From NCBI GenBank assembly GCA_027604505.1, contig JADIIX010000044.1, forward strand, positions 124,001 to 162,291: a stretch of DNA of 38,291 bases. Direction: 5' to 3'. A program made the translations under genes and the position numbers. Under the pieces are notes generated by a model. It saw only the letters and a program-made list of their open reading frames with translations, did not search any database and was not told where the DNA came from. Within the stretch, counting starts at the first letter, position 1. Every line of letters starts with the position of its first letter. This DNA is from Gonapodya sp. JEL0774. Its lineage: Eukaryota. Shown piece by piece: positions 1-12,900 of the stretch.

Positions 1-1584
1 CTGTATCACATGGTGGTCAACACTCCCTTGATTGGGGCTCTATTTCTTCGAGCTTCATTTCCTTAGCTGGACGCGAGCTGAGGGAACCCAACTGGCCGTT
101 AGTGAATACACCACTGGTGGCCGAACTCCGAACAAAAATTAAGGAGAACAGGGCTGTGGTAATAACTGGCACAGGGGTTACAGGTACTTGACTTTCAACA
201 TCTTGCACCACGGGAGGCTCGAGGGCTTATTATAATTTTTCGAATCAACACTATAGCCAACCTCTGTGGTCGTCGTGCCCCACCACAAGCCCGAGGATGG
301 GCCCGTTTTGTGATTGCACTTGGCGACGAATGTCAGCGGATTTTCCAACTTGACCAGAGTTGGCGCGAAGAGGTTGGATTGGCAACTCTCACCCACAATG
401 CACCGGCAGAGGATATTCAGAAGGTGTCCCAGAGGCTTTTGGAATGGCACAGATCCATGGTCGACAAGAGTGTGGCAAGTCCTTGGGAGCTGTTCAATCA
501 CATTGCTGTGAGTAGGCCATAACGTTAGAGGACAAACACTTTGAAAATCGGGTCATCTTTGCCAAGTGGCTTCTCTTTAGTGATCTCAGGGTTGAGGATC
601 ATAGAATGGCAGAGGTGTTGGATCGTCTGGGAATATGCATCATGACAACGAATTACGGTCTGTTTTGAGCCCTCATCTTGACCCATCCAATATGTTGAAG
701 TAGTCGCTCTCCAGATACTCTTGTCGATGTTGCTCTTCGCCGCATACCTCTGCGACTGGAAGATTTGGCGAAACGGGGGGATGGGTATGTTAGCGTGCGC
801 GCGATTGCTCTGATGTGTGCATAAAGTGACCTCCATTCCAGTTGGTCACAGTTTGTCGACGGCACGGGCTTTTCTCGACATTCACGATATATTCTTCACC
901 TTCATGGTATCTTCTATGATGCAGAGGTGAGCACTGAGATGCATTAGCAAACCATTCTTCTCCGCGAATCGTCTGTTCGTCTTTCTTTTCAAGGATATTG
1001 TCCTCGCCCGCTCGACGTATCAAGAAACCCAACATACCTTTCTCACCGCGCTAAGCTCCCTCATCAAGGGCAAGTTCACTGACTTTGATCGGGAGGACGT
1101 GAGATCCACATCCCTTATTTTTGTTGGGGCTTCGCCTGCGTCCATGATCGACCTCCACTTTCGAGGGCTGTGGCGCGCCATGGAGAACCAGGCACACATT
1201 CTACCACAAAAACATTACATCCTTGTAAGGCAACAAGAGTACGACTTGGCTCTCAAGGAATTGGAGCCATATCAGCGGCATGGAAGAATGGAACTATGTC
1301 CAATAATCTATGGTGCGTTTGATGGTACTGCTCGCATTATGTTTGTTACACATTGAAAAGATCCCCCAATTTCCGCTACGACAGGTCACGACTTTCATGA
1401 TCTCCCGAGTTTTGTAGCGTGTTTATGTCCCGATTTTGCAATGTCAGGTTTCGTGACTCCTGATAAGTCCAGGTCGGTAAGCGAGGGGAACCTGACCCTG
1501 CCCCCTTTGCCGCCTATCGAAGGCTCACTATCGGAGCCGGATGTCGACGTTCAACCTGATGAGAGAATCCCCATTAAGAAGTGA
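1..1584 (+). CDS. SIR2_2 / FAM118 (SIRal)-like sirtuin-fold protein, putative NAD+ hydrolase; 5' end outside window
   Basis: Exons 3-183, 257-507, 567-657, 715-784, 842-926, 994-1312, 1385-1584 joined by GT-AG introns give an uninterrupted 398 aa frame. Motifs in order: AVVITGTGVTAN, ARGWARFVIAL, IMTTNYDTLVD, ILHLHGIFYDAEDIVLARSTYQ, SLIFVGAS..MIDLHFRGL, HYILVR, IIYGHDFHDLPSFV. These match the SIR2_2/FAM118 pattern as I recall it (GxGxS, W, TTNxD, HxHG, LFxG, YGxxYxDLP). Confidence 0.85.
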
Positions 1585-1845
1585 GAAGTTGAAGTTCGAA
1601 CACACTTTGCATGCCATATGATTTAGATCTGTAAAATAGTTTCGTAATTTTAGAAACCCAGCAGTGTATTTTAGATGCCGCAAAGTTTATTTAAATAGAC
1701 AGTACAGTCTCAGCTTGCTGCTTGGACTTATAGTCAGTAATCGGGGGAGTAATCGGGGAGGGTCCTCGGTTGGCCTCTGCTTAAGTCGCGCAGTGCTGGT
1801 GACCAGGTGAACCCGGCGTTCAGCTTCCCAATCATACAGAATCCA

Positions 1846-2642
1846 ATGACTCGGAAAACCACCAAGAAGACCACCGCATCCAAAGCATCTGAGGCGAATC
1901 ATGACTCGGATGGCACAGAGGACTCCGCACTCTCCATGGAAACTATTCGGAGAGGATCGATGCGGCAGGCTACTCAACGTGCGAACGCGCGGATCACGGC
2001 TATATTTACAGAGTCACCGATGATTTCCAATAAAATGGGTAAAAAGGCGGTCGATGCCGGTGTGATCCGGGGTGTCGGTTCGGGGAAACGGGTCGGCGCA
2101 AAGCTGGGCAAGGCAAAGAAGGCCACCAAGGGCAACAAGGAGAACGAAATTGATACAGGCATTCTTGAAGACTTAGTGAACAGACCGCTTCCACAGTTCA
2201 TGGGGCCCCGGAGTGCCATGGAATCGACAATGCCGGACCGTCGGGGAAATGACGATGTCGACGATGATGCACCCTCTGACGAGGAGGACGTCCGAAATGT
2301 GGAGATGAAGATGGCAGACAGATTTGTGTTGTTGTTGGAAAGATGTGAGTGTTCATTTACTCTAAAAAGCGTCTACAGCCGTACTGACATCCACCTCTGC
2401 TGAATGTCCACTTCAACAATCCAGGCGACGATGATGTCGATGATTTTAATGACTATATTACACAAACAGGTGACAGAGGTGTCAAACGGTGGTTGGCCGC
2501 CACAGGCCGCATACCGGTTCCTATCCAGACAACGACGTCGCGCGAATTTGTGGAGGAATATGATGGAAGCTTCGTGCAAATCGCAGCTGATTTAGGAGTG
2601 AACCTGCCGGGGGAGGAATGGAGTCTATCTGTCGATAAATGA
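1846..2642 (+). CDS. hypothetical protein (basic N-terminus, acidic middle), probably spliced; possibly degenerate
   Basis: ATG 1846 (MTRKTTKKTT...), GTGAGT donor near 2346, phase-compatible CAG acceptor near 2424, frame ending at TGA 2640-2642. No recognisable domain. Confidence 0.35.
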
Positions 2643-3439
2643 AGCACTATCGAGTGAGAACGAGTGAGTCCCTCTATGCCGTCGAAGTTCCAGTTACATT
2701 CGAACCCGACAAATAACCAATCTCCTACCAGCAGGATTTCGAAAATGACCTAGAGGTGCAGGAGCTTTCAGAGTGCAAATGATGTCAATCCGGATTGACG
2801 GGGAGCAGAGGCGTGGGGGAAAAGCCTTGCAAGACAATAAACATGCAATCCAATTTCAATTATATGGATGTGTACTGCGTGTGGTGTATTGTCTCGTTAT
2901 TGTTTTTTGAAATAGACATGTGTCATCTGATTTGGCTGGAGGTTCGTTCTACCGTGGGCTGCTTCATCCTCATAATTTTGCGAATCTCCTTGTCATGTCC
3001 AGACAGACAACACTTGGGTGAGTTCCGCCGTGTGCAAGTGGAATCGAACTTAGTGATCGTAAATGACCTCTGTGCTTTGTGAGCTTGTGAATATCGGACT
3101 CACTCATTGTGGGGGGCTTCCTCACTATCATTGCAAACTGCATGAAACGCACGGCGCCTGATTCGATCCGGATTTCGCACTGATTATAGTCTCTCTGTAT
3201 ACTCGTACTCGATTTTTCTCCTGAAATTCTCTACTCTGCTCAAATCAATCACACTCTCACCACGTATGAATATCTGTTCTGTCTGCAATTACCTCCACCT
3301 TGCGCACCGTTTTTGCGCTATCACCACAATAATCTTATATTCTCGCAATCTGATTCAACATTCATTCTGTGTGACTCTTTGCTTTCGGACATTTCAATCT
3401 GCACATTATCGTCATTCTCCAACGTTCATCGGCGCGGCT

Positions 3440-6400
3440 ATGCAACCTTCGATGTTCCGCCGACGCACCAAATCTTCTCGTCTTCCGGGATCGGGTCACG
3501 TCCCCAGCTCTTGGTTCAAGAAGGACTCGGTAGCATCGACTCCGGCGGTCGCTGCGGAACGCTTACCCAAATCAGCTTTGAAGAGGGCAGAACTGGAGGA
3601 AGATGACAAAGAGGAACCCAAGACCGACAATGGTGGTACCAATTCCAACGGCAATACAAGACGTGAATTATTCCTTGCGACTAATAGCTCGGGAGTTGGT
3701 GGCTGCTTACGTTCCTCACCGACAGGTCTGAAAAGGGCCAACAAACACCGCCTTTCCGACAGTGAAACTTCCGATACAGAAGTGTTCCGTGATGTAAATG
3801 ATCAGAGCAAGGAGAAACCGACGAGCAGCACTTCCGAATCTCCACTTTCAGACTCTTCATCTTCAGCAAAATCGAAGCCAGGAAAAGTTGCGAAGATGAA
3901 ACCCAAATCTTCAACGAAGGCTTCCGAGACCGTGGAAAGAGCAGAAAACAGTGGACAAAACGATCGGTTGGAAGTTGATGAAGACGATGCCAATCAGAGA
4001 ACCAAATCAGAAACCGTAACTCCACCTCCGTCATCCTCTTTCCTCGATGGCAGTGTTCTTACCTCTGCCGCCTCTGATGCGGATGCAATGGAAACTGATG
4101 AGTCTCCGAAGTTGTCTGCTGACTACAAGTCGGGGAAGAAGCGCAAAGCATCTCCGTCCCGTGCCTCCAAAAATAAGGCAGCCAAAAGCACGGAAAGAGA
4201 TGATGTGAGCAAGACAAAGGACAAGAGCCATTCATCAGCTGATGGTGAGCCCGAAAACGATGAATCAGACCACGAATCGGATATTGACGAGGAGGAAGTT
4301 GCGCAAATGTGCGTGTTATTTGCTCTGTTCATCGCTCTGACGACATAGCCAATTGTTTTCTTTCTCTTTCTGTAGGGTATCGAAATCGGGAGGATACGAT
4401 TTTGGATCTTGGAAGACTGGTGAAAAGTGCGTGCCTTTCCGAGCGAACTCTTGAAAGCCGCTCCACAACCGATACCAAACCCCAGAATTCCCTACTCGGC
4501 TTTATGTCGTGCATTTGAGCTCATTGAGGCTACCACTAAGCGACTGGAGATCACCAACATCCTGAGCAGATTTTTTAAAAGTGTGATAGAGACCACTCCC
4601 GAGTGTCTGCTTGAATGTCTGTACCTTTGCATCAACAGAGTGGGTGCACGCTTAGCTCTGCCGTTGGCTCAAAACTATTTGTCGAACTATTTCCTGTTCC
4701 CTTTGCCGGAATTAGCTGGGAGCCGAGTATCGCAACAAGGAACTTGGAATCGGCGAGTCTATTCTCACAAAGGCGGTAGCGTCAGCTACCGGTCGTTCTG
4801 GCGATAAGATAAAAGCGGATATGGAAAAGATGGGAGATCTTGGACAGGTTGCACAGGTGCTTCCGTGGTGGCTTGTCAAGACATCAGAATTGGTGGTTGA
4901 CGTTTCCCAATCAACAGGCAAGTCGCAGCAACCAGCCTGTGATGTTCAAGCCAAAGCCTCTGGATGTGAGTAAAGTTTTCAAGTCTCTCAAGGAGATTTC
5001 TGAAACGTCGGGGAAGGAAGTGAGTCCGTCACCGATCGCTGCTTTCTCGAGCCTGGCGTGGCTGAGACAACCCATGTTGAAGTCACAAGCTCGCAAAATC
5101 GATAAGATCAAACTCCTACTTGTCGCCTGTCAGGGAAATGAGCCCCGTTATCTGATTCGATCCCTGGAAGGGAAGCTACGCATAGGTCTTGCGGAGCAAA
5201 CGGTACTCTTGGCACTCGCGAGCGCCGCAGTTATGACGGATTCGGAACTGTCTAAATTGAAAGGTGAAAAGCTGAAAGAGAAAATTGCGGAGGGAGCCGG
5301 GATACTCAAGAGTGTGTACAGGTTGGTAATGCCAAACTCGACTGGACATTTGTTAGTGTCTTGATCTTGTTACACATCCCCATACTTCCTTGCCAGTGAA
5401 CTCCCCGATTACGATTTAATTGTTCCCGTTCTCCTCAAACATGGAATAATGAAGCTCGAAGATCATTGCCACCTCATTCCTGGTTAGTCTTTGCTTTGTG
5501 CTTGTGTATCTGTGGGAAAATGGTCCAATGTCCTCGTAGGGATCCCTCTCAAGCCCATGCTTGCCCATCCAACCAAATCTATAAGCGAAGTCCTTGATCG
5601 ATTTGAGGGAATTCATTTCACCTGCGAGTGGAAGTACGACGGCGAACGTGCCCAGGTACTTAACCATGATCATCATAATGTTCCACACTGACAGGGGGCG
5701 ATCCTCGCGTTTGTTGAGTTCACAGATCCACCACCTCGAAAGTGGAGAGACGAAGGTCTACAGCCGAAATTCGGAAGATTTATCAAAAAAATACCCGGAT
5801 ATTTTAGAGCGTGCGTCAAAGGTATAACTGCTGAATCCATTCACCTCTGGATCCGTGCGCCGACTCACCTACTTCTAGATTGCCAAGGAAGGTGTCAAGT
5901 CGTTTGTTCTCGATTGTGAGGCAGTAGCATGGGACAAAGAGGAGAAAAACATTCTACCTTTTCAAGTTTTAAGCACGAGGAAACGAAAAGTAAGTCACCG
6001 TGCTCAGGAAACCTCACATCGGGGATAGAAGGGTCACACACTTGTCCATTCTTCCAATGTTTGCTCAGGATGTTGCTGTGGAAGATCTCAAAGTGCAAGT
6101 CTGTATCTTCGCGTTCGATCTCTTGTACCTCAATGGGAAGGTGAGTGGATGACTTTCGTACCAAGCCTACAAAGGGTATCGACACTGCATTACACGACGA
6201 TAGCCGCTTATCAAAGAAGCTTTCACAGAGCGCCGTCGTTTGCTTCATGAAAGCTTTCAGCCAATTGAGGGCGAGTTCGCATTTGCCGTCTTCACGGATG
6301 CACAAGGTGCAGACGAAATTCAGAAGGAATTGGATGAGAGTGTCGCAGGCGGTTGCGAGGGCCTCATGGTTAAGACATTGGACAAGGACTCATCATACGA

Positions 6401-7210
6401 GCCCAGCAAACGCTCGAGAAATTGGTTGAAGGTTTGCACAAAGGAGATCATCGTCCACTGTGGTTTTGTTCTGATAGAGTGTCTCAATCTTATAGGTGAA
6501 AAAGGACTACTTGAAGGGTATAGGGGACACACTTGATCTTGTTGTAATTGGCGCATACCTCGGTCGCGGCAAGAGGGTTGGTGTTTACGGTGGTTACCTA
6601 TTGGCGTGCTACGAACCAGACAAAGAAGAGTACCAAACCATCTGCAAGGTTGGCTGGTGATTTTATCTGAAGCAATCTAGTTTATTGATGTTCGGCTTTC
6701 AGATCGGAACAGGCTTTTCGGAGGAGGATCTGAAGACTCAGTTTGAATCTCTCAAGGAGCATGTTGTCTCGGAACCCAAACCCTACTATTCGTATTCGGA
6801 CGACCCGCGAGTGAAGCCCGACGTCTGGTTTGAGCCTTCAATGGTAAGAGAATGTAGATACGCCTGTACGCATGCGGGTTTTTTTTGACATGTTTCCCCC
6901 CATCGATTCTTTCGTCAGGTTTGGGAGGTCCAATGCGCTGATTTGTCTGTTTCCCCCGTACATAAAGCAGCTGCTGGGGAGGTAATTTTTTTCTTTTCTT
7001 CCTGCACTGGATTCAACATTGAGGTGAATGCCCTTAAAATTCTAGGTGGATAGCACAAAAGGTATCTCGCTCCGGTTTCCGAGATTTATGCGCATTCGTG
7101 ACGACAAGCAACCTGATGACGCGACAACAGCGGAGCAGGTTGCAGATATGTATCGCTCTCAAAAGATTCATCACCAGAAAGGGAGCTCTAAACTGGAAGG
7201 CGAGGATTAA
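3440..7210 (+). CDS. CDC9: ATP-dependent DNA ligase I, about 15 introns
   Basis: The spliced product has a disordered N-terminus, a DNA-binding domain ([50 protein letters not shown]), LKPMLAHPT, motif [11 protein letters not shown] (Lys codon 5632-5634), [38 protein letters not shown] and motif [17 protein letters not shown]. Stop TAA at 7208-7210. An alternative upstream in-frame ATG lies at 3266. Confidence 0.97.
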
Positions 7211-7422
7211 GTTTCGCACTATCATAATAGTGCCGCTAGCTTCAATTTTTGATGATATTGCTAGCAAGTTATTGTGTGTTTTGGAAATGTTGAATGATCG
7301 GAATCAACGCCAGCGGCTTGTTGCGCAGGCGTCAGGTTGTTCGCCGGCAACTGCCTCCGCCATACACGATCGCGGGCCGCCCTGCGCAATTTCCTTCGAT
7401 TCGCCCAAGAAGATTTGTTCAG

Positions 7423-9343
7423 ATGCACCGGTGGATTTCGAAAATACGGGGCGCTCTACAAGAAGGTCATCAAGGCAAGAACAAAACGCGGGTTGATGGT
7501 CTCGAGACTACAGTTGGTAGGTACTGGAGGAAGGCTCATTCGATCCCTCCAGGAAACGAGGGTAATCTGAGAATCTGGCAACAAACTTGTTTATGCTACA
7601 CTGTGGATTGCATTCTTCTTGTTGTGGAGCTGCGTTAGCTTTGGCTAATCTTAATCGGTTGTGTTTCACATCGACATCGCAGAGCATCTGATAACTGTGG
7701 TTTTTGCACGCTCCGGGAGTGGACAGGAGAGTCTCGACGCCATACAGGAGGTATTGGCTACCGTTGGTGGCGACAAGCAAGCGTAAGTCAGTTGTCGAGG
7801 GTCATACTGTGGAGCGCTGCTCAATAGATTGTCCGTTTGACAGAGCTCGCCGCTTGGTGGAAACTATTGTACCGTTTCTTTCACCACGTCAAACTGCAAC
7901 TCATGATGGTTTGAAGGACGGGGCGGTGGACCTCGAGGACCATAGTTATCGACAACAGGTTCTGGCGTGCATTCGCCTTCTTGATGCACTCTTCACCTCT
8001 TCCCCTATTGTCGCCCGAGAGATCGCCGACTCAAACACGTTTTGGAAGGCTGTGAAATCGCTTTTGCGGGGGAAGGGAGGGGTGCATCCCTCATCCGGCA
8101 CCGAACCCGCCTTAGATGTGATTGGAGAACGGTTGATCGCGGTGGTCCGGAATTGGATGCGCTCAGCGGAAGATGGACCAACCAAACTGACTGTTCATAG
8201 GAAAGAGAGTGGCCTGGTGATGGATAGGCTGGTTGCCCCTGAGAGGGTTGTGGTGTGTACGATTTCGTTGCTGGCGTGCGGCTGCACCCCCGCTCAGTAC
8301 AATACCCATCAAATCCATCTACCCCTAGATCTTCTCACCTTCGTCTGGCCCCAAGCGTAATGGTGTTTTCTCACGGGACGCTGATGCATCCTCTATTGCT
8401 GCTTCCCGGAGTTCAACGACCACTACCCCAGCTTCCTCCTTCATCGTACCCCTCAATTCGGTTCGGTCGGGCGTTATGGAGCTCAAGGTCTCCATGTTGG
8501 TTTCCGAAGTTGACGAGGTCGTGCGGCAGGCGGACATTGCGATGCGGGGTAATAAGTCAAAGGCGAAAATAGTTGCGTCGAGCGATACTACCGTCGCATC
8601 GAACACACTTAGTGGACTTAATTTCCGGCCAGAGGATGTATCGGATGAAATTCAAATCAGTGAAGCAGATGCAACAGAGACTATGCAAGTGCTTGAAGAG
8701 CGCACGAAAGATCTTAACCTGAGGTGTGCAGGCATGTTGGACGAGCTGAGTGGTAACTCATCGACTTTGGATTACCAGTGTGAGTTGATCACTCAGTTCT
8801 TGCGCGAGTATGTATAGCGTCCACCACTGCTCTAACTCCTGTTGTCCCGTAAGTGTGTGTCTCCAATGCGATGGAGGACCTCAACAGTGTCGCACGCCGG
8901 CTGCGTTCCCGCCTCGGCGTGGATCCCGAACCCGACTACTTCGTTTCCACCACCTCAAACTTCTCATCTTTGCAAGTACCTGCTGACTTGGAGTCATCTG
9001 ATAGGGGGAAAGGGGGAAAACTGAGTCGAATCAGTAGGTGAGTTAAGACCCCTTACATCGCATTCAAGGACTTTGGACCTCACATTGCTCTCTTCCCTCG
9101 GTCGCTTACAGCTACTCCAGTGTTTCTACAGCCGTGGGGTCCTCTAGCTCAGGAAAGGCGCCGGACTTTGGCAGCTCCTCCACGTTATCCTCATTGGCAG
9201 GAATGTCCTCAATGGGAGTGGGCCAACAGTCCACAGTTTCAGCTGGATCATCGTCTTCGTCGGCGTGGTATCCATCGTCATCGTCAGCTGGATCGTCGGC
9301 AGCTGCCTCCACAGGGGTATTTTCGGCAGCAGCTGCTGCGTGA
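7423..9343 (+). CDS. VHS domain plus GAT-like helical domain protein (TOM1/LSB5/GGA-like trafficking adaptor)
   Basis: Phase-consistent introns 7517-7682, 7783-7843, 8253-8328, 8780-8853, 9038-9111. VHS-like helices: SLDAIQEVLATVGGDKQAARRLVETIVPFL, QVLACIRLLDALF, REIADSNTFWKAVKSLL, IGERLIAVVRNW. GAT-like segment ending NAMEDLNSVARRL, then a Ser/Ala-rich tail. Confidence 0.6.
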
Positions 9344-9982
9344 GAATCAGCGCTTGTTATAGATTTACATGGCGATACTATAGATGTTTCTGGTTTTTAT
9401 TGATTTTTGTGTGTATTTTCTGGTATTTGTATATATCATTCCTTTGTTCGCTGTGGTTTTACCCACATTCACGATAGATCATCTCACTCATTGAAGTGGG
9501 GTGTAACCCTTGAGTCATTTTGAACGGTTTCTGAGGGACATTTCCGGTAGAAGATTTTGAAAGACCGAGCGTGGGTTTTCATAAGAGCATTGAAATTGTA
9601 TTGCAAAAAGCATGCAGTTATCGTTCCAAAGGAGAAATTAGCACACTACATATGAGAATCATTTACAGTTTCGTCCCAAAGAACCACAAACTGTTCCAAA
9701 AGTGATTTGCAAGCAATTGTAGCCACCCCAGCATCTCGATCAACGTTATCCCGTGCGTGAAGAATGAATGTTGCAAGTGATCCGATATCTCAAAACCGGT
9801 ATTTCTATCCCTGTGTGCACAATGTTGCATCACTCCCTGGAAAAGCAAAAGCATCCCATTGTTGTTCCCTCAAATAGCTGCAAATATCCTGTGAGTTCGG
9901 TGAGCGGCGGAGCGGTTTCTCATCCTTCTTTTCCACAACCTCTACTGAAGACCACGGCAAAAGTCGACGTTCATTGTTGGGA

Positions 9983-12900
9983 TCACTCAATGCGAATATT
10001 GAGCGACACTCTAGTGTGCGTGATCGACGTGATATCATCTGGGTCGTCGCTCTCGTCGTACCTGCGAAGGAGATGGTTAATGGTGGGTCGGTTTGCCCAG
10101 CACATAGACCACGCGACAAGGAATCACTCAATCCCACCTCCAACACTCACTTTTCACAAATTACACCGTGACTCCACTCAGTCCTGGCCCTGCCAACCAT
10201 TCCCCATGCGTCGCCCTCCCCAACCTTGAACCTGTATGCCCTCTTCCCATCTTTCCTCACCACCACGATCCATCCATCACCCTTAACTCCTAGGGTAACA
10301 ATTTTATTCCCAAACCCTTCCAGCTGCGGCTGGTCTATGTGTAACGGGAAGTCCGCGTGTTGGAAATTAGGTTGGTTGGCGATCACCTCTCCTGCGTACG
10401 AAGGACCAAACGCAGCGTGTACGCGCTCCAAGTACCGCGCGTGGGCTGATTCAGGGAGAGGTTTGTGCCTTTCGAACCGATAGGCGTGTCCGAACCTGGC
10501 GATTTGAGGTGCCGTGCACCAGATGAACTTGATCGAGTGGCCTCCCGAGCCGAGGCCGCGCCACGATGTGACGGTGCCTTTGGGTCGCACAGATTCGATT
10601 TCGGTGAGGAGGGACGCGCAGCGTTGGGGGGACATGAGGTTTCTAGTTTGGTCGAGAATTGGGATGAGAGGCGGAAGCCATCAATGCCAAATCACAAGAG
10701 GCAACAAAGACTGCAAACTTCGGGGTACAATAACGGGCATTGTGCGATTCGCTCATCCGGAGCTGGAATATTTTCTCTCTTCCACCGCTCCCCGTGTCCG
10801 TTAACCACCCCAGAAACCGCAGATCAACCCACCTGAAGCATTTGAGCCCACTCTCCCTCAAATCCCACACCGCCCACTCGGGTCCACAGACCTTGCCAGT
10901 CTCGTCAAACACGACCGTCGTGGCCCCGTCAAAGACCCTCCTCAAATGCCCACAAAATCTCCTGCTAGGCGCAGTGGGTGCGGGGAACGGTCTCGGTTCG
11001 GGCTCCAAGGGGGGTAACGGCGGGGACGGGGACCTCGGCGGGGGATCCATGTCGGGGCTGCTGGGTGGATCCGACGAGGCATTGGGCAGGCGGTTTCGGT
11101 GTTTTCGGTGGCGGTGGCGGCGGGAGCGGTGATGGTGATGGTGGCGTGGTGGTAGTTGTCCCTCGTTGCCGGAGAGAGAAGACGAGGAGGAAAATAGAAT
11201 GTCGATGGAGTCTTCCGAGCCTGTGTCGGACGACGAGTCCGAAGACGAGTCCAGGTCCGACGAGGAAGAGTCGGTGAAGGGGTCGTGGATTGTCGATCCA
11301 CTTCCCGAATGCACTCCCATCCGACCATCGATCCTCGCCTTCTTAAACGACCTCCCCGCGCCCCCCTTCATCTTTCTCTTCCTCTCCTTCTCCCTCTCTC
11401 TTTCTTTCATCCTCTCCCTCTCCCTCTCCCTCTCCTTACCCCTCCTCTCCCTCCTCCTCCTCCTCTCCGCCTCCCTGGCCCTCTCCCTCGTCTCTGCCAC
11501 CCTCCTCCTCTCCTCCATCCGCTTGGCTTCCATCAGCGTCACACCCTCGTCGAGCGTCACGACGCGTACCGGCACACCGTGCTCGAGCTCTTCCTCTTGA
11601 ATCGATGTCAGCGGTACGATGGCGAGTTCAGCACGGAGCGCCTCCACACGAGCAGGGAGGGCTGGGTCCATGGCGGGACGAGCGGGTGCACCCACCCATG
11701 TCGCCGCGCCAAACGGCCGCACAGGGTTCCGCGTCCTCATCGGCCGGGATCGGCTGCCATATTCTGGGCCCCCGACCGCGACCGTTCTGACCGTGCTCTT
11801 CCCCTTCTCCCTCGACCTTTCTCGCTCATTTACCCGCTCCCGCTCCTTCTCCCGCACCCGCCCGTCCGTCTTAACCCTCTTGTTCCTCCCGACGACCCAC
11901 CCTTGATCCACGACTTCTTGCCACACCCGCTTTCCCAGCGCAAACTTGGACCGAGCCTGCAGCGCCGTGCCCTGTTCCAGAACCTCTTCCAGCACACCCG
12001 AGTGACCCGCCTGGGTCGGCTTCGTGGAGTCCGAAGAGCCCCGCACGTGCGCATCTCCTCCCGTCCCCGTCCCCGTTCCCATTCCCGCCGCCCCCGTTTC
12101 CGCATGCACCCCACCTCCACTTCGTCCGCTCTCGTGCCCGTGCCCGTGCCCGTACATGTCCGATTTCGATTCCGCCCGTCGCAAGACCCGGTCGCTGGGT
12201 CCGGGAGGTAACCTACTCGGCCTGAACGACGACGGGTGAGACGCGATGTGGTGGGTGGGGGTCTGGTTGTGCTTGTGGTCGCGCGGTGTTCCCATGCGTA
12301 ACCCAGCTGCCGAGGCAGACGACCCCGACCTGCCTGTGCGTAAAGAGAACCCCCAATCGAGGATCGTCTCCCAGTCCAAAAGTGGTAAGGTGTCCTTAGT
12401 GGACGGCAAGGTTGGTGGACGCGGGTCGGGTTCCACGTGCGCGTACCCGTCCCCTCCCCCATCCACGTCCAATTCCCCGTCCACTTCGGCAAGCTCCTCA
12501 ATCACCATCTGATCCTCCCCATCCCCCTCCCCGCACCCTTCCTCCGACCTCCCCGACCCCACCGACCCAGACCTAGGCGGACTGGGCATCTGCCCGGTCG
12601 TGATGCTCGTGCTAGTCCGCTGCATCTGCATCTGCGTCGGAACCGGCCCGGGGAGAGTCGGATAGGATGGCGACCGTACAGGCGACGGTGTGTTCCGCGG
12701 CGGGTCCGCGTCGATATGATGCAACGAAGGGGCTGGCGAGGGGTGGACGTGGACGTGGGACGGGAGTTGAGACGGCGAGGGGGTTCCTGTGCGGTGCCGC
12801 GGTCCTCCACCCGTGCCCAGCGATGGGGATGGGGATGGCACGGGTGGTGGGGCAAAAATGGCCGAGGGGGACACGCCCATGCCGTTGGAGAGGGTCGGAG

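Noticed and set aside
520..830. In-frame stops suggesting the SIR2_2 gene is a pseudogene
   Set aside because: Every stop falls within phase-consistent GT-AG introns (508-566, 658-714, 785-841), and splicing restores TTNYD.
1738..1760. Short tandem duplication TAATCGGGGGAG/TAATCGGGGAG
   Set aside because: Two imperfect copies only, too short to assign a function.
5020..5082. 63 nt stop-free in-frame segment in the ligase read as a protein insertion
   Set aside because: It has GTGAGT/AAG ends, and removing it restores the conserved ligase I sequence (SGKE|SQARK), so it is an ordinary intron.
7098..7638. ORFs 7098-7496 and 7337-7570
   Set aside because: They are alternative frames over the ligase 3' end, intergenic DNA and the first exon of the VHS gene, with no independent support.
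11340..11530. CT-rich tract as a non-coding repeat or array
   Set aside because: It encodes the R/E/K-rich coiled coil of the minus-strand gene and has no repeat-spacer periodicity, so it is not CRISPR-like.
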